A stretch of 64,000 nucleotides of DNA. Source: Neoconidiobolus thromboides FSU 785. Lineage: Eukaryota; Fungi; Entomophthoromycota. A model generated the notes under the pieces. The model was not told where the DNA came from, did no database searches, and worked only from the letters and a program-made list of their open reading frames with translations. The translations under genes were made by a program, and so were the position numbers. The stretch spans positions 62,001 to 126,000 of the forward strand of contig MU626294.1 of NCBI GenBank assembly GCA_025603075.1, in the 5' to 3' direction. Shown piece after piece: positions 1-14,128 of the stretch. Position 1 is the first letter of the stretch, and the number at the start of each line of letters is the position of its first letter.

Positions 1-199
1 AACTTTTTCAGCTGTTATTTTTAAAATTAAAAAAAACTAATAAAAGTTTACTAATATTTTTAAATCTATTTATTTAGTAAAAAAATATGTTTATTTATTT
101 TGAATAAAAATAAAATTTGAATGAAATAAAGATTAAAATTAATGGCAAACAATAAGAAGCTAAATAATATAATAGAATTATATTATTTAGACCAACTAG

Positions 200-1426
200 T
201 TAACAGGTATGTTTAACAGGTTGATGTAAGTCTATCCAACCTTGATCAACAGCCATTAAGAAATCCCATTCAGGTGATTTTTCAGCTTTAAAGTTCCAAA
301 AGAACCAACCAGACCCAGCTTGTTCATAAACAGCAATTTGTTGCATAGCAAAATTTTTCAAAAATTGACGATGTTCTGGAGAATAAGTAGCCAATTCATC
401 TTTATCTCGACATGTACAACCAGGGCAAGCTGGTCCTTTTCCTGCATCTAAAGTACCATCGTATCTGGCACCTCTATTGAAACCATTTAACCATTTTGTA
501 CAATCGGTACTTGCTAATGACCATTCACCTACAATGGTCCATAATTTCTGATTAGATTGAGCAATATCACCATATCTTGCACATGGTAATCTCAAATGTT
601 GATCCTTAGACATTGAAACTAAACCATATTCAAATACTTGATAATAATGAGTATCTAATAACACATTAGAATATTGAGGATCATCTCTTAAGTAAGTCCA
701 TTGATTTAAGGGTTTAAAAGCATCATGAACATTAACTAAAACACTCTTAGATTTGTTTCGAATAATGTTATGACCATCTAAATAAAACTTTTGTAATTTA
801 GCCATATCTAATGACCAACCAGCAGGCTCATTAACTAATTCAATAGCAGCTACAACGCTTTCATATTCATTACCAACATAATTATCAGTTAAATATTTAA
901 TAATATTTAACATTCTAGTAATATTTTCATCTTTGTTAAAGAAACCAATATCCCCTCTTTTACCAGAATTATCAAACCCATTTTGAGAACCTGGGGCACC
1001 ATGAATATCAATAATAACTTTTAAATTATACTGTCTAGCCCAATTAATAGCTTTTGTTAAATAAGGTAATTGACCTTGAACATAAGGTTCACCCCCGGAT
1101 ATATCAAAGGCCCAATAACCAATAGGTATACGGATATGATTAATACCGCTTCTGGCTAATTTTGATATATCATTTTCAGTTACCCAAGTATCCCAATGTT
1201 GAATTAACTGTCTTTTAGCTTCATTAGCACCTAATTTTTGGCAAAATTCCCATTCATCCACGGCCCCATTAGGTTGGCCTTCAAATTGTCGAAATAAAGA
1301 GGGATTGATCCAAGGCTCTAATACTAACCAACCACCTAAATTAACACCACGTATCTTATCAACACCATAATTAAAACTTTTAACAATATTAAATAAGGAA
1401 TAAAAGGTAATTAAAAATAATTTCAT
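200..1426 (-). CDS. EXG1: Secreted GH5 exo-beta-1,3-glucanase (Exg1-like), single exon
   Basis: Signal peptide, then RGVNLGGWLVLEPWI, RIPIGYW, DIHGAPGSQNGFDNSG, acid/base ELVNEP and nucleophile VGEW motifs. Confidence 0.93.
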   Translation of the reverse strand: MKLFLITFYSLFNIVKSFNYGVDKIRGVNLGGWLVLEPWINPSLFRQFEGQPNGAVDEWEFCQKLGANEAKRQLIQHWDTWVTENDISKLARSGINHIRIPIGYWAFDISGGEPYVQGQLPYLTKAINWARQYNLKVIIDIHGAPGSQNGFDNSGKRGDIGFFNKDENITRMLNIIKYLTDNYVGNEYESVVAAIELVNEPAGWSLDMAKLQKFYLDGHNIIRNKSKSVLVNVHDAFKPLNQWTYLRDDPQYSNVLLDTHYYQVFEYGLVSMSKDQHLRLPCARYGDIAQSNQKLWTIVGEWSLASTDCTKWLNGFNRGARYDGTLDAGKGPACPGCTCRDKDELATYSPEHRQFLKNFAMQQIAVYEQAGSGWFFWNFKAEKSPEWDFLMAVDQGWIDLHQPVKHTC

Positions 1427-3120
1427 CTTTTAAAAGTATTATTATAAAAAATAAAATTGGATTTTTTGTATTTTGGGGTTTATATATAAATTTGTTGATA
1501 CTATTCTTAATTTTAGTTACTTTTATTGATATTCGTTACTTGTTTTTCATTTGTATAAACTTTTATTTTTTCTATATTAATTTTACTTAGTTAAACTATT
1601 AGATTATTATATCAATTAACCGCTGATAAGCAATTCTAACAGTTAGCTGATCCACTTAATCTATTACTATATTTAGTAATCTTCTTACAAGTCGATGCCG
1701 AACATTTTCAATTACACGTTAATTAAAAAAAATCATTATTGTCATTTATATAATTGTAGTTAAGCCTTGATATTCCAGGGATCAAACCAATTAACTTTAA
1801 AATATTTAAAAATAAGCCAATTATACCCAACTTTCTCCATCAAGTTACACAAGTTGAATTTAACAATTTTAAATTATGTTTATTATAGTAGTGAGAATGT
1901 GAACGATTACTGTATTTATTATAAGTTACTAGCGTTTTTAAATGAAATATTTAATAATAATAATAATCAATAAATAGTTTAACAATTAAAAATACTTCCC
2001 TATAGTCAGTTTCTACTATTTAACTTTATTGTTATTATATTAACTTTATTTCTTGATTTTTCTTATTTTGACTTTATTAACCGCTATTGAATTTATTATG
2101 ATAAAATTCAAAATGTGATATGAATTAAATTAAACGTGCATAAATGAAATAATTTTGTTAAAAAAAGAAGAATCGTTGAACGTATGCTAAATTCTGGGGA
2201 CTCCTTTCTTTTTTAAATTTAATTGAAGCTATAAAAATAGAATAAAAAGAAAGTAACTCTATTAATTATGATGATATTCAGCTCTTGAATGTGGGGCATA
2301 TTCGGTTTAAGATACATATGATGATTTTATACTAATCAATAAAAATATATTAGTTACTTATTAAGTACCTTGTTTTTAATGAAATTAATTTGTTTAATCA
2401 ATTTTCATTTATTTGATAAATTTCGATTTTTCTTTTTCATTTTGATACTTTTAAAAATTTCATTACATTTATGAATATAAAAGTAAATAAATAACTTATG
2501 AAAAAACAATTATGCTTTATTTTTAGTTAGTCTACATCCTGTGCTTTATACATGAACATTATATACCGCTTGATACAACCTTAGTTTTTTATGCAATATG
2601 TCAAGTATTATTAAGTTTTTAATATAAAACTTAGCAATTCAGTTCAATTCGACTTATAAAACTTAATTATATTTAATATTCAATAGTAAAGATTAAAACA
2701 ATATTAACCTGATATTAATAACAATAAAAATTATTATTATTATGAAGTAAAATACAAATAATTTAGTTTATATTATATTATCTACAAAAAAGACAAGTTC
2801 AATTAGTATACTAAAATAAAAGCTTCAATATTCAAGTTGGACAGATCAGAGATTCAATTAAAAATGCCACATAGTCAAAAGTAAGCATATAGGATTAAAT
2901 AATATCTAACTTAAGATTTGATTAAATATATGTATATTACTAATAATAAGTAAGGATAGAATAAATACAATATTGTTATTGGTTAAGTTTGAATTGAGAT
3001 AATCCAATGACTTGAATAATAAAACCGAGTCACACCATCTCATTTATAGTATAAAAAATCAATAAATCAAAATATTAGTTTTAGTTTTATAAATATTTAT
3101 AAATTTTATAATTTAATATT

Positions 3121-4606
3121 ATGTTAAGCGATAGTATGAATTTAAAAGAAGGCATTGATTTTAGTAATTTATTTACAGAAGAAGCTAAAGCACGTAAAAT
3201 CAGTCCCTTAAAATCATTATTAAAATATACTTTGGATAAAGAGAATATTTATTTAGCTAGTGGTTTACCACGAGTGGATAGTTTTCCAATTGAAGAAATA
3301 AGTATTAAAGTCCGCGATCCGGTTGACAATGTTTTAAAAGAATATGTTATCAATAAAGAAGAAGAAGAAAGTATTGGTTTAAATCAAGCTCAACAATATG
3401 GCAATGGGAAAGGGAATTTAAAATTAATGAAGTATTTTTATGAACATACTAATTTAATTCATCAACCTAAATATAAAAATTGGAATGTTATACCGAGTGC
3501 TGGTAATACCGATGCGTTATATAAAATGTTAATTTTGTTTTTTAAACGTCATATGCCAATTCTTATCTCAAGATGGGCTTACCCTACTGCTTTAGAAACC
3601 TTTTCAGGCTTTGGTCTACAATTATTGATTTTAGAAATGGATGAACAAGGTATTATTCCAGATTCTTTAGATAAAGTAGTACAAGAATGGAATCAAAACA
3701 ATCCAGATAATTGTTGTAAATTTATTTATATTGTAAGTTATATTTTATATATTTAAAATAATAAGAATTAGAATATCTAATAATAATTAGGTACCTTGTG
3801 GTCAAAATCCAACTGGAGCTACTATGGGTTTACAAAGAAGACAAGAAATTTATAAATTGGCTCAAAAATATAATCTACTTATTATTGAAGATGACCCTTA
3901 TTATTACTTACAATTACCTGAAGATATTAATTTGATTGATAAACAAGAAATTAATACAAAACATGATGAATTTAAATATAATACATTATTACCTTCTTTT
4001 TTAAGTTTAGATGTTGATGGTCGAGTTATTCGGTTTGATTCTGTAGCTAAAATATTAGCACCTGGATTTAGAGTAGGTTGGATTACATGTCAACAAAATA
4101 TGATTGATAAATTACAATATATTAATGAAGTATCTATTCAATTTCCATCTGGTCATTCTCAAGCCTTATTAAGTAAAATATTGATTGATGCTTGGAAACA
4201 AGAAAAATATGAAATTCATATAGCTAATATTAGAAAAGAATTTTACTTTCGTCGTAATATTGTAATTCAGCAAATTAATAAAAGATTAGGTAATATGGTC
4301 AGTTATTCCGTACCTAAAGCTGGTATGTTTTTGTGGTTAAAGCCAAATTTACCAAAAAAACTATTAAATGAAAACAATCAAGTTAATAAAGCTACTATGG
4401 AAGCTTTATTTAATAAATTAGTAGAACATCATATTATTATTGTACCTGGTGTTTTCTTTGATTCAATTAATTTTAAACATGATAATGACCTTACTTTACC
4501 TGGTGCTCCATATATTCGACTATGTTATACTTTTGCTAATTTAGATTTAGTACTTGATGGTATTGATCGTATTGCTAATACATTAAAAGATTTCGGATGT
4601 GAATAA
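3121..4606 (+). CDS. PLP-dependent aromatic/aminoadipate aminotransferase (Aro8-like, class I/II), 2 exons
   Basis: Intron 3733-3790 (GTAAGT...TAG) joins FIYI to VPCGQNPTG; IIEDDPYY and PLP-lysine motif DSVAKILAPGFRVGW. Confidence 0.9.
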
Positions 4607-4880
4607 ATAATTCTATTATTAATATTTGTAATTTTTATTTTGTATAAAACATTGATTTTTTATTTTATATAAATTCACTGGCATTTATGTTCAAAAAAAA
4701 CGTGCTAATTAATCTCAAAATGGAAGTAATACCTCATAAAATTAATTTTTAAAAGTGTCAAATTAAAACATTCAATTTATAAAGAATAAAACCACTTTAA
4801 GAAAAATTTTATAAAAAATTCAACTAATATTTTAAGCTAATGTTTTTAGATTAAAATCTAATACAACAATTAATATTAAT

Positions 4881-6129
4881 ATGAATATCAAACAATTAAT
4901 AGTCTCTGTGATTAATTTAACCATAATAACTGCTCAAACTGCACCAATTCGATGCACTGCTGGTCAAAAATGTCCCGAATCAGCACCATGCTGCAGCGAG
5001 TTAGGTTTTTGTGGTTCAGATTCAGTAACTTGTACATTGGACTGCGTACCAGCCAACTCATTCAGTACCAATTCTTGTCTCAATGAAGATACTTGTAATG
5101 ATCAAAAATTTGACTTTAAAAATATAAGTCCAGATAAAAAGGATAGAATTCAAGAGCTAGCTGTATTTAAATTAAATAAACAAGCTAATATGGATCAAGT
5201 AGATTTTTTTACTGATGGTCAAACCGAATTAACAAATGACGGATTAATGCTTAAAATGATTAAAGGTTCTAAAGGTGGATCTAGAATGGTATCTACTGCT
5301 TACTTTTTATATGGTAATTTAACAGCTCAATTAAAAACTGGTAGAACTGGTGGAGTGGTTACTTCTTTTATCGTAAGTCTTATTAGTTATTATCTTTTTA
5401 ATAATTACTAATTAATTTTATATATAGACAATGTCTAAAGTTAAAGATGAAATTGATTTTGAATGGGTAGGTAGTGAGATGGAAGAAGTACAAACTAATG
5501 TATTTTATCGTGGTCAAGCAGATTATATTAATGGTGGTAAATCCAAAGTTTCTTCAGATACTTCTCAAAATATTCATACTTATACTATTGAGTGGACTCC
5601 AAATTATATTAAGTATGTGTATTTTATTAATATTTAAATCTTCTGATATTAACTTTTTAACTAGATGGTATGTTGATAATCAGTTAATACGTACACTTGA
5701 AAAGAAAGATACAGCTAAAAATGATAAATTTTCTTTTCCCACTACACCTTCAAGGATTGAATTTGGGTATTTATATTACAAAATTAATATATAAATATTA
5801 ATAATGTATATTTTAGTTTATGGAATGGTGCTTCAATGGCTGATGGAACCAAACAATGGGCTGGTGGCGACATTAATTGGGACTCTGAAGATATAAAAAC
5901 TAAAGGCTATTTTAGTGCTACTATTGAAAATTTGGAAATCAAATGTAATCCAGAATATAAATACTTTGATCAAGATGGTAATAAGAAGGATAAAAGTTCC
6001 AATACTAATAGTAAAAGTAGTAATAATAAAAGTGGTAATTCTGGTAATGGCACTTCATTTTCTTTTATGAATTCAGGAAACGTTTTTATTATTCTGTCCT
6101 GTATGATGAGTATTTTTATTATTAATTAA
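4881..6129 (+). CDS. GH16 Crh/Utr2-like chitin-glucan transglycosylase with N-terminal chitin-binding (CBM18-like) domain and probable GPI tail, 4 exons
   Basis: Cys-rich CPESAPCCSELGFCG; GVVTSFI; catalytic DEIDFEW; introns 5373-5427, 5613-5664 and 5767-5816 restore the frame; Ser/Asn-rich linker and hydrophobic C-terminus. Confidence 0.9.
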
Positions 6130-6298
6130 TAAATATCATTAATTTATTACTTTGTTTTATTTATTTTTATTTTATTTATTATTTTAAATTGATTTAAAAA
6201 AATAACAATTTATTTCTAATAAAAAAAAATGAAAAACTATTTAATAGAAAAAATGAATAGAAATGATTTTAGAATTTTATAAATTCTTTTGTGTTAAA

Positions 6299-7344
6299 TT
6301 AATTTCTTCCTTTTTGAAGCTTATTTACCACCCTAAACAATTAATTAGAAACCCAATTTAATAAATTACTTAAAATTACCAATCTAATCCTTCTTCTAAA
6401 CCTTCTCCTTTTAACGCTGATGCTTTAAATATAGCCCATTGTCGATTTTTTAAATGTGATAACCCTAATGCTTCAGATACCTCTGCTGAAGTCATTGCAC
6501 CTTGCATATCCTTTATTTTTTTATAAGTTGTAATTATAAATTATGAATATAATCTTACTTGTTTATTAGCAAATACAAGTAATACAGCATCCTGTAAATC
6601 TTCTTCCTAATTTCAATTAATTTAATACAAACAATAAAACAAATTAACAAGTTTACCTCCAACATCGATAACAACTCTTCTTTACTTGTACTGATACGGT
6701 CTTTATCACAACTATCTACTACATAGATTACAGCATCCGTGTTTGCATAATAACAACGCCAGTAAGGTCTAAAAATAAGTATTTTTATTACTATAAACTA
6801 CAGAATATTACCTGATGCTTGTTTGGCCTTTTTTTAAATGGAATAAAAATTTAGTTTAATTTTCTAGAGCTTAATCAATTGTTGTTTTACCTCCTAAATC
6901 CCAAACTAAAAATTAAAATAATTAATAAATAAAATATTTAATAAATAAAATAATTTGGATAATCAATTACCTTGAAAGTTCACATTTTTATAAGTCACTG
7001 ATTCCACGTTAAATCCAATAGCTATAAAAAAGACATCAATCCTTAATCAAAAATTCAAATTTCAAATAACTTACTTGGGATAGTAGAAACCACTTCACCT
7101 AACTAAATATTAATATCAATATCAATATCAATATCAATATAGATATAAAGTAATTCCAAATCTTTTTTATAAAACTTACTTGTAATCGATAAAGCATAGT
7201 AGTTTTACCTGCCCCATCTAAACCTAAGATCAAAATTCTCGCTTCTTTTTCACCAAATAAACCGGATAATATTTTAGAAAATAAAGCGCCTAAGTTAATT
7301 CTTTAGTTCACCTTCTTTGTCGACACTTAGATTGAATTACCCAT
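6299..7344 (-). CDS. ARL1: ADP-ribosylation factor-like GTPase Arl1, 10 exons (absent from ORF track)
   Basis: Manual splicing gives [85 protein letters not shown]; all introns GT-AG. Confidence 0.93.
7112..7140. repeat. (AATATC)n microsatellite inside an ARL1 intron
   Basis: About 5 tandem hexamer units. Confidence 0.8.
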
Positions 7345-7579
7345 CGTTAAATTATATACTGTTTTTTAAAATGATAAAAAAATTAAAATAAGAATACAAA
7401 AGTGGCTTTAAATTGGCTAAGTTTTATTGGTTTGAAAAACGCTTCGTTATTTTATGCAAATTAAAAAAAATTGCTATTACCGAAATAAAAATATATATCC
7501 AAAAATATCTTTGAAATGAAAATTCTATTACTCTCTATTTCTATTAATAATATTTTTATATTATTATTAAAACACCAAA

Positions 7580-8628
7580 ATGGAGCCATTATTATCTTAT
7601 GAAATAATCTATTGTCGATTAAATCAAAGATACTACTGGATCAATTTATTCTATAGTTTAGTACCTTTTATAATTTTCTATTTACCTTATATAAAAGATA
7701 TCAATGATGTTGTGAATAATGATAATAATTGGGTAAGTAATTGATTGATTTAATAATATCAGATAATCGTTATTTTTATTAATCATTATAGAACTTAATA
7801 GTTTATGGAATAACCACCGTATTTTTAATAATTAAACTTCGAAAAAGTACTAGTCTTGAAGAGATGTTTGGAGTTTTGTTTTTATATTTAAAACTAGCCC
7901 ACTTAATTGTATTTTATTTGTTCAATTTAAAATTATTCGGTTCAATTTATTTGTTAGTCATGTTAAGTAAGATCATACATAGTATGTTATATTTTATATT
8001 GATATTAATTATTTAGTTTTATTCTCTTTAATTCCTCAACCCCATTACTATGGTCCTAGTATGACTTTGGTTTTAACAAAAGATACCTTGAATGAGTTTA
8101 TTGATAGTGCTGAGTATACTATCCTTTGTTTAGAAATGGATTGGTCACCTAGATGTATTAATATGCAACCTGTACTTGCTAGTGTATCATTAAAGTAAAT
8201 TATTATTTGATGAAAAAAGATTTGACGATATTAAGATTAACTTTTAGATATACTAATGACAAAGTTAAATTTGGTAATACTAAATTATTAATAAAAAATG
8301 GATGATCACATTAATTAATGATATAATTTAGGTCGAATTAATTTAGAAGAAAATGAAGAAGAATATAGTAAAAAATACAAAATAGATAATTCAGCTACTT
8401 CTCTACAAATACCCACTTTAATTCTATTTCATCATGGTAAAGAAATTCAAAGATTACCAGATATTAAATCGAGGTTTCGTGGGGCTAAATTGACTTTTTG
8501 GGATCGAAGTGAAGTAAGTTATGTATACATATATTAAACTAACATTTTTATTGTTTTTTTAGGAATCCATTGTTGATGCATTTAAACTTTATGATAAAAT
8601 GAGTTCTTCAAATGACGATTTAGATTAA
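7580..8628 (+). CDS. TMX2: Thioredoxin-related transmembrane protein 2 (TMX2-like), 6 exons (absent from ORF track)
   Basis: Spliced protein has N-terminal TM helices, PQPHYYGP, a single-Cys SxxC site (DWSPRC) and QIPTLILFHHGKEIQRLP, matching the TMX2 layout. Confidence 0.8.
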
Positions 8629-8748
8629 TAATCTCAAAAAATAAAATTCCATATCATTTTTGAATTTCCTCATTTGCAACTTTTGCAACCTAATTTTAGA
8701 ACTTCATTTTTTATTATTTTTAAATTTTTTAAACTTTTTGAATCTAAA

Positions 8749-9209
8749 ATGGCTTCCCAAGTATTACCTTTAGGTAATAATAGTATTTTAATAAAATTAA
8801 TTTAATATTCATCTTTTTTTTAAATAGAAATTATTGACAAATGTATTGGTTCTAAAATATGGGTATTAATGAAAAATGATAAAGAGTTTACTGGTGTATT
8901 AACCGGCTTTGATGATTATGTTAGTAAAAATTTCTATTATTTTCTAATTATTTTGGGTTAATGGAAATCTTTTAATTAGATATGGTATTAGAAGATGTTA
9001 CTGAATTGTAAGGAGGAAACCTATTTTATTTAAATCTTTTAATTAAATGATTTATAGTGAATTTACCCCTCAAGGTATTCAAAAAAATAGTTTACCTCAT
9101 ATTTTATTAAACGGTACCAACGTATGTATGGTAAGTATAGAATAGAATTCATAATATTATTTGTTATTAATCTTGTTATTCTTTTTAGTTAGTTCCAGGT
9201 GGAGAGTAA
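8749..9209 (+). CDS. LSM5: U6 snRNA-associated Sm-like protein Lsm5, 5 exons (absent from ORF track)
   Basis: [49 protein letters not shown]...[16 protein letters not shown]. Confidence 0.93.
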
Positions 9210-10595
9210 GAATAAATATTATATTAATTAACATTTTAATTAGTGAACATTGATTTTTAGTGGACCAAAAGAATGAATCAAATAAGAAACTTTCTAATTA
9301 TATAATAAAATTAAAAGTGGCCAATTTAAAACTGTTGAATTATTTAGTTGATATCTTAAAGGCGTTTTGTTTTTAATAAAGTGTTTACATAGCTATTATT
9401 TTGATGTAATAAACAAATTGCTATTATTGAAATAATAAGTTTTGTTTTAAGATGTGGGAATCAATTTTTCCTTGATCATTTTTTATGCAATATAAAATCA
9501 AAGTTATTTGTAAAATAGGTGAGTAAAAAATAAAATTTCATATACTAGTTAAATACTGGGAAATAAGAGAGACTTAGATGTTATAATGAAATAACACTAT
9601 TCATCAAACAAATGAAATATAGAACTATGTAATTTTAAAGGTCAGATTAAAATTGGAAATAATACTTTCCTGTTTTAATTCAGATTAAACTTATAAGGTT
9701 TGAATGGCCAGATGAGGAATTAAGAAAAGAATTAAAAAGCGTGTTTTTTATTTTCAGGTCGTTAAAAGCTGTATAATAACTCTCGGTTTCTTCATTAAAA
9801 AAATACATTATTTATTTTATTTTTATTTTATTCTTATTTTATTTTTATTTTTATTTTATTTTTATTTTTTATTTTTCAATAAAGTTCATTTTGAAAGTGA
9901 ATTTAATTTTGGGTTTAAATTTATCTATTCATCAGTATAATTTATAATATTTTGTTTTAAAGCAGCTAAAATAATGCTATTAAATGATAGTTTAGAAATA
10001 AAGTAATTAAAATCAAAGATAAGATGAAGTAGATCTATGCTAAGGTTCACTTTACTTATTGAAAAATTCCTATAAAAATATCATTTGATTTGACTCATTA
10101 TTTTTATCTCACTAATATTATTGTATTTTATCAGCTGATGGTTAATTTAATAAGTCAAAACAAACAAAAGATAATATTTTGAATATATAAATCTTTATTA
10201 CTACTAAAATACTAAAGAATAATATTACACTATATTTTTATACTAAGACGTTACTACAAAGTATTATTATAAATCATTTATAATCTTGTTTTTAACCTTA
10301 TTTGTGATTCTATTTTATATTAATAATTATATATTTTTAGTAAAAAGCTACCATATTATAATTTTGTTTTTAATATAATATTTCCTGTCGCTTTAATTTG
10401 ATTATTTTATACAATTATGCATTCCAGTAACACATATCATAAGATAAATATTGAGCTACTAAATTTAGTCAAAGGCGTAAACCAAACCATCAGTGTAAAA
10501 CGAAACAGAATGAAAAAGCATAAATACCGTTATGTTCAGTCTTTTTTTTACATTTATCTTTATCTTTTTTTTTCTACAATTTTTTATTTAAAATA

Positions 10596-11960
10596 ATGAC
10601 TACATTTACTCAGAATATAGTAGTATTAGGTGCTGGTGTAATTGGTTTAACAACTGCTTTAGAGTTATTAAGATTAGGTTATAAAGTTGCTGTTGTTGCT
10701 GATCATTTCCCAGGTGAATATCATGCTGATTATACAAGTCCCTGGGCTGGTGCTCATTGGAGAAGTTATGCTAACAATGATGATCTTAGGCATATTGGTA
10801 ATATTTAATTTCTGTAATTTATTAAACATATTTAATAATTTTGATAGAATACGATAAAATAACTTATAATGAATTGATGAAATTAGCTAAAGGCGAATTA
10901 AAAGATATTATTAAAGTTGTACCTAATTATGAATATCATGAAAAGGAGGGTTCTGATTTAAAACATCCCTGGTTTAAAAATTTTGCTCAAAACGTAAGTA
11001 TTTAATAATAATTGTATCATGATTAAATAAGTTAAATATGAAATTATTTAACAGTATTCAGAAATACCAAAAGAACATCTCCCAGAAGGTTATTCTTTTG
11101 GATTATCTTATGATGCAGGTAAAACTTTTAATTAATATATATTATTGTTATTAATATCTTAGTTTGTATACATTCAATGGAATATTTAAAATGGTTATTT
11201 AATGAAGGAAAAAAACTTGGCCTAATTGACATTAAATTACATATGAATCATATAAAAGATGCTTATAATATATCATCTTTTCCAACAAATATTGTTATAA
11301 ATTGTTGTGGCCTTGGTGCACGTACTATGGATGGCGTCAAAGATCCTAATATTTTCCCAACGCGTGGTCAAACCATTCTAGTACATGCTCCAGAAGTCGA
11401 TTATACTTCCACTGGTTTATGTAAATATACTTATTTTTTTATTTATTTTAAGTCTAATATTTTATTTAGATAAAGGAGGAGTTACTTATATCATTCCTAA
11501 AGGCGATGGTACTGTAATTTTAGGTGGAACACAGCAAGAACATAACTAGTAAATACTCCCAATTTATTTAAATGCTTAAATTTATACTTTTATTATAGTA
11601 AAGTACAACCTGATGAAGATATAGCTGAAGACATATTAAAAAGATGTCAAAAACTATCAGGTGGTTTAGGACCTTGTAAAATTATTAGTCATAACGTAGG
11701 TTTTAGGCCAACGAGAAAAGGTGGAGTACGCTCTGAAGTGGAATATATTAACTTACCAGATAGAAAAAATTTGATTTTGTGTCATCAATATGGACATGGT
11801 GGTTTTGGTAATTAATTATTCAATACTTTATTTATTTAATATTTGATCTATTCAATTATTAGGTTATCAAAGCAGTTGGGGATCAGCTAGATGTACAATT
11901 AAGCTACTTCTTGCTTCTATAAATAAGGATGGCTCGATTAGGAACAAAAGTAAACTTTAA
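10596..11960 (+). CDS. DAO: D-amino acid oxidase, multi-exon, with C-terminal PTS1 (-SKL)
   Basis: VVLGAGVIGLTTA FAD motif, YTSPWAGAHW, INCCGLGA, PTRGQT, GFRPTRKGG, HQYGHGGFGYQSSWGSA; ends RNKSKL-stop. Confidence 0.92.
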
Positions 11961-12090
11961 GCTATTTTAATGATGAAATAAAAATAATATGATTAGCTTT
12001 TATTTTTTATATATTTTAAAAATTAATTTAAAAAATGCATTTATTACAAAACTATAAAGCTGAGGTATAATATTATAATAATAATTTAAG

Positions 12091-12732
12091 ATGGGTAAAA
12101 GTTCAAGAAAAAGAAAAGCAATTAAAATCGAAAGAGCATTGAATAATGATAGTGATAAATGTGATAGTAAACATGATTTAAACGAAAAAAATTGGAAAAC
12201 ATTTTGGGATAATAATAGACAATGTTATTATTATTGGAATAAAGTTACAAATAGATCAACTTATACCTATCCTTTACTATCAAACTATATTAATAATCCA
12301 CAAATGGGCAAATCTCAAAATAAAAAGTAAGTAAAGTATATTCATTTATTATTTATAATCATTTATTTAATTAGCCTTTATACTGACCATGTGGAGTATC
12401 GTCATTTTATGGAAAAAGAATATGATTATTCAAGTGTAAAATTTGGTGATAGTATTAATATGCAATACTCAGAAGTAAAAGATGGGGAATATTGTAAATT
12501 AAATACTGTTAATCCAAAACATCTCGATTCAGGAGATAGAGCAAAGAGACAATGTCAAGCTTTTTTTGATTATGAGAATTATGTAGAACAGCGTGGCGAA
12601 GAAGCAAAATATTCAAATTACTACGGTATCAATAGACAGGCGGAATTTACCAAAAGGCAAATTGAAGTGTTACAAAGAAAGAAAAAGGAAAAGAAAGAAG
12701 CAAAGAAACGACAATGGCTGATGGAAATCTAA
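12091..12732 (+). CDS. Small WW-domain protein with basic coiled C-terminus, 2 exons
   Basis: WW-like WKTFWDNNRQCYYYWNKVTNRSTYTYP; intron 12327-12374 joins the two track ORFs in frame; C-terminal RAKRQCQAFFDY and KKKEKKEAKKRQWL recall a conserved fungal WW family (from memory). Confidence 0.75.
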
Positions 12733-13015
12733 AAGTTCCTTTAGTTTATTGCCTTCATACATTAAATTTGTGCATTATGACTTTACCAGTATTTTTTATT
12801 ACCTTTTATTATAGTTTATTTAAAAAGCCTTGTATTTAAGCTAAACATTCATTTTAAATGGGTATTAAATCGGATAGCTTTTGTAGATCTCATTCAAATA
12901 ACACAACATAACAAAGAACTATTATCGATAAAAATATCAAGTATCGATATCAATATGTTATAGTTTTAGGAATCTTTTATTGATAAAGTTTGATCTTTTA
13001 AATTCTTATAGCAAA

Positions 13016-13119
13016 ATATGAGGGCGTTTTTTTTTTGGTTTCATACTTTTTCCATTTTTAAGCACTATTTGAGTAAAAAATTGTTAATAAAATTTAAATA
13101 CAAAAATACATCTCTATAT
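13016..13119 (+). mobile_element. MITE family A copy 1
   Basis: Matches the ~100-bp consensus GGGGRTGTTTTTTTGGCTTCATCACTTTTTCCATTTTTAAGCRCTATTTGAGYGGAAAAATTGTTAGTAAAATTCTTAAACACAAAAATACATCCCC; ATAT on both flanks (coordinates include TSD). Confidence 0.85.
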
Positions 13120-14128
13120 AGTTTTTTATTAAGTATATTAACTAAATCTAGTATTGGGGTTAGGGTTTAGAGCTTAAAAAACTGATATAAAGTTACTAAT
13201 TAAAAGTTGACTATAATTTTTAATTTAATTTGCGTTTTTTAATTAGGGATTATTTGTTTATACCAGCAACGTTACTTCAAAATAAAAGCCCAGGATAGTA
13301 AGATTTTCTACTTACTCATATTAATGTTGTTTCGGATTTTTGAATAACACCACTAAATATCAACTATAATAAATCACTAAATTTACTTCTAATTTTTATA
13401 ACTTATGATATGTATTATCTATTATTTCACAACCGTATTGGCGCTTATTGATAAAAAATTAATTAATAAGATAATACTGTAGGATGATTACTGAATTTTA
13501 GTTCAATAATCCCAAAACTTTAAGCTAGAACAAAGATTAAACTATAAAATTATAAAATCCAAGTTTATTTGTAACAGCTAAAATTAATTTGGTATTTTAA
13601 TATTATAAGTTCAGATTCATTTTATTAAAAATATTGTATCCTTTAAATATTATGCTTCGTTAATTTAAAATTTATATAGTATCATTATTAATTTTTACAA
13701 TATAGTTGATTTTTTTAATATAAAGCTAAACTTTATCATAAGACACTAAATATCATAATGTGTTTTCTTATGTGCCCTTTAAATACGTTAGCTAAAATAT
13801 GCTGATCTAATTCTACAAACATCATATGCTTTAACGCCATTATTGTATATTCTCTATTGACTAACTTTGTTCGATATTTCTATTCTCTTTATAAATACTA
13901 ATACTGGTTATGTCCTCTTATTTCCTTCAAAACCAATACATTGGTTAGAATATTCTCATTCTTATAAAAAAAATTCCTTTTTAATTTGAACAAAACCTCT
14001 ACATAAAAGTTAATACAAAAGAATTTAAAAATATAGCCCAATAAATATACTATCAACGTTAGTACAAAATAATACTATATATATTTACCTTATTATAAAT
14101 ATTACTCAGATAGATTTTATTCATAAAT

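Noticed and set aside
1767-1973. 68-aa track ORF and similar short intergenic ORFs (18610, 23272, 48414, 55684)
   Set aside because: Non-ATG or low-complexity, with no motifs or splice support
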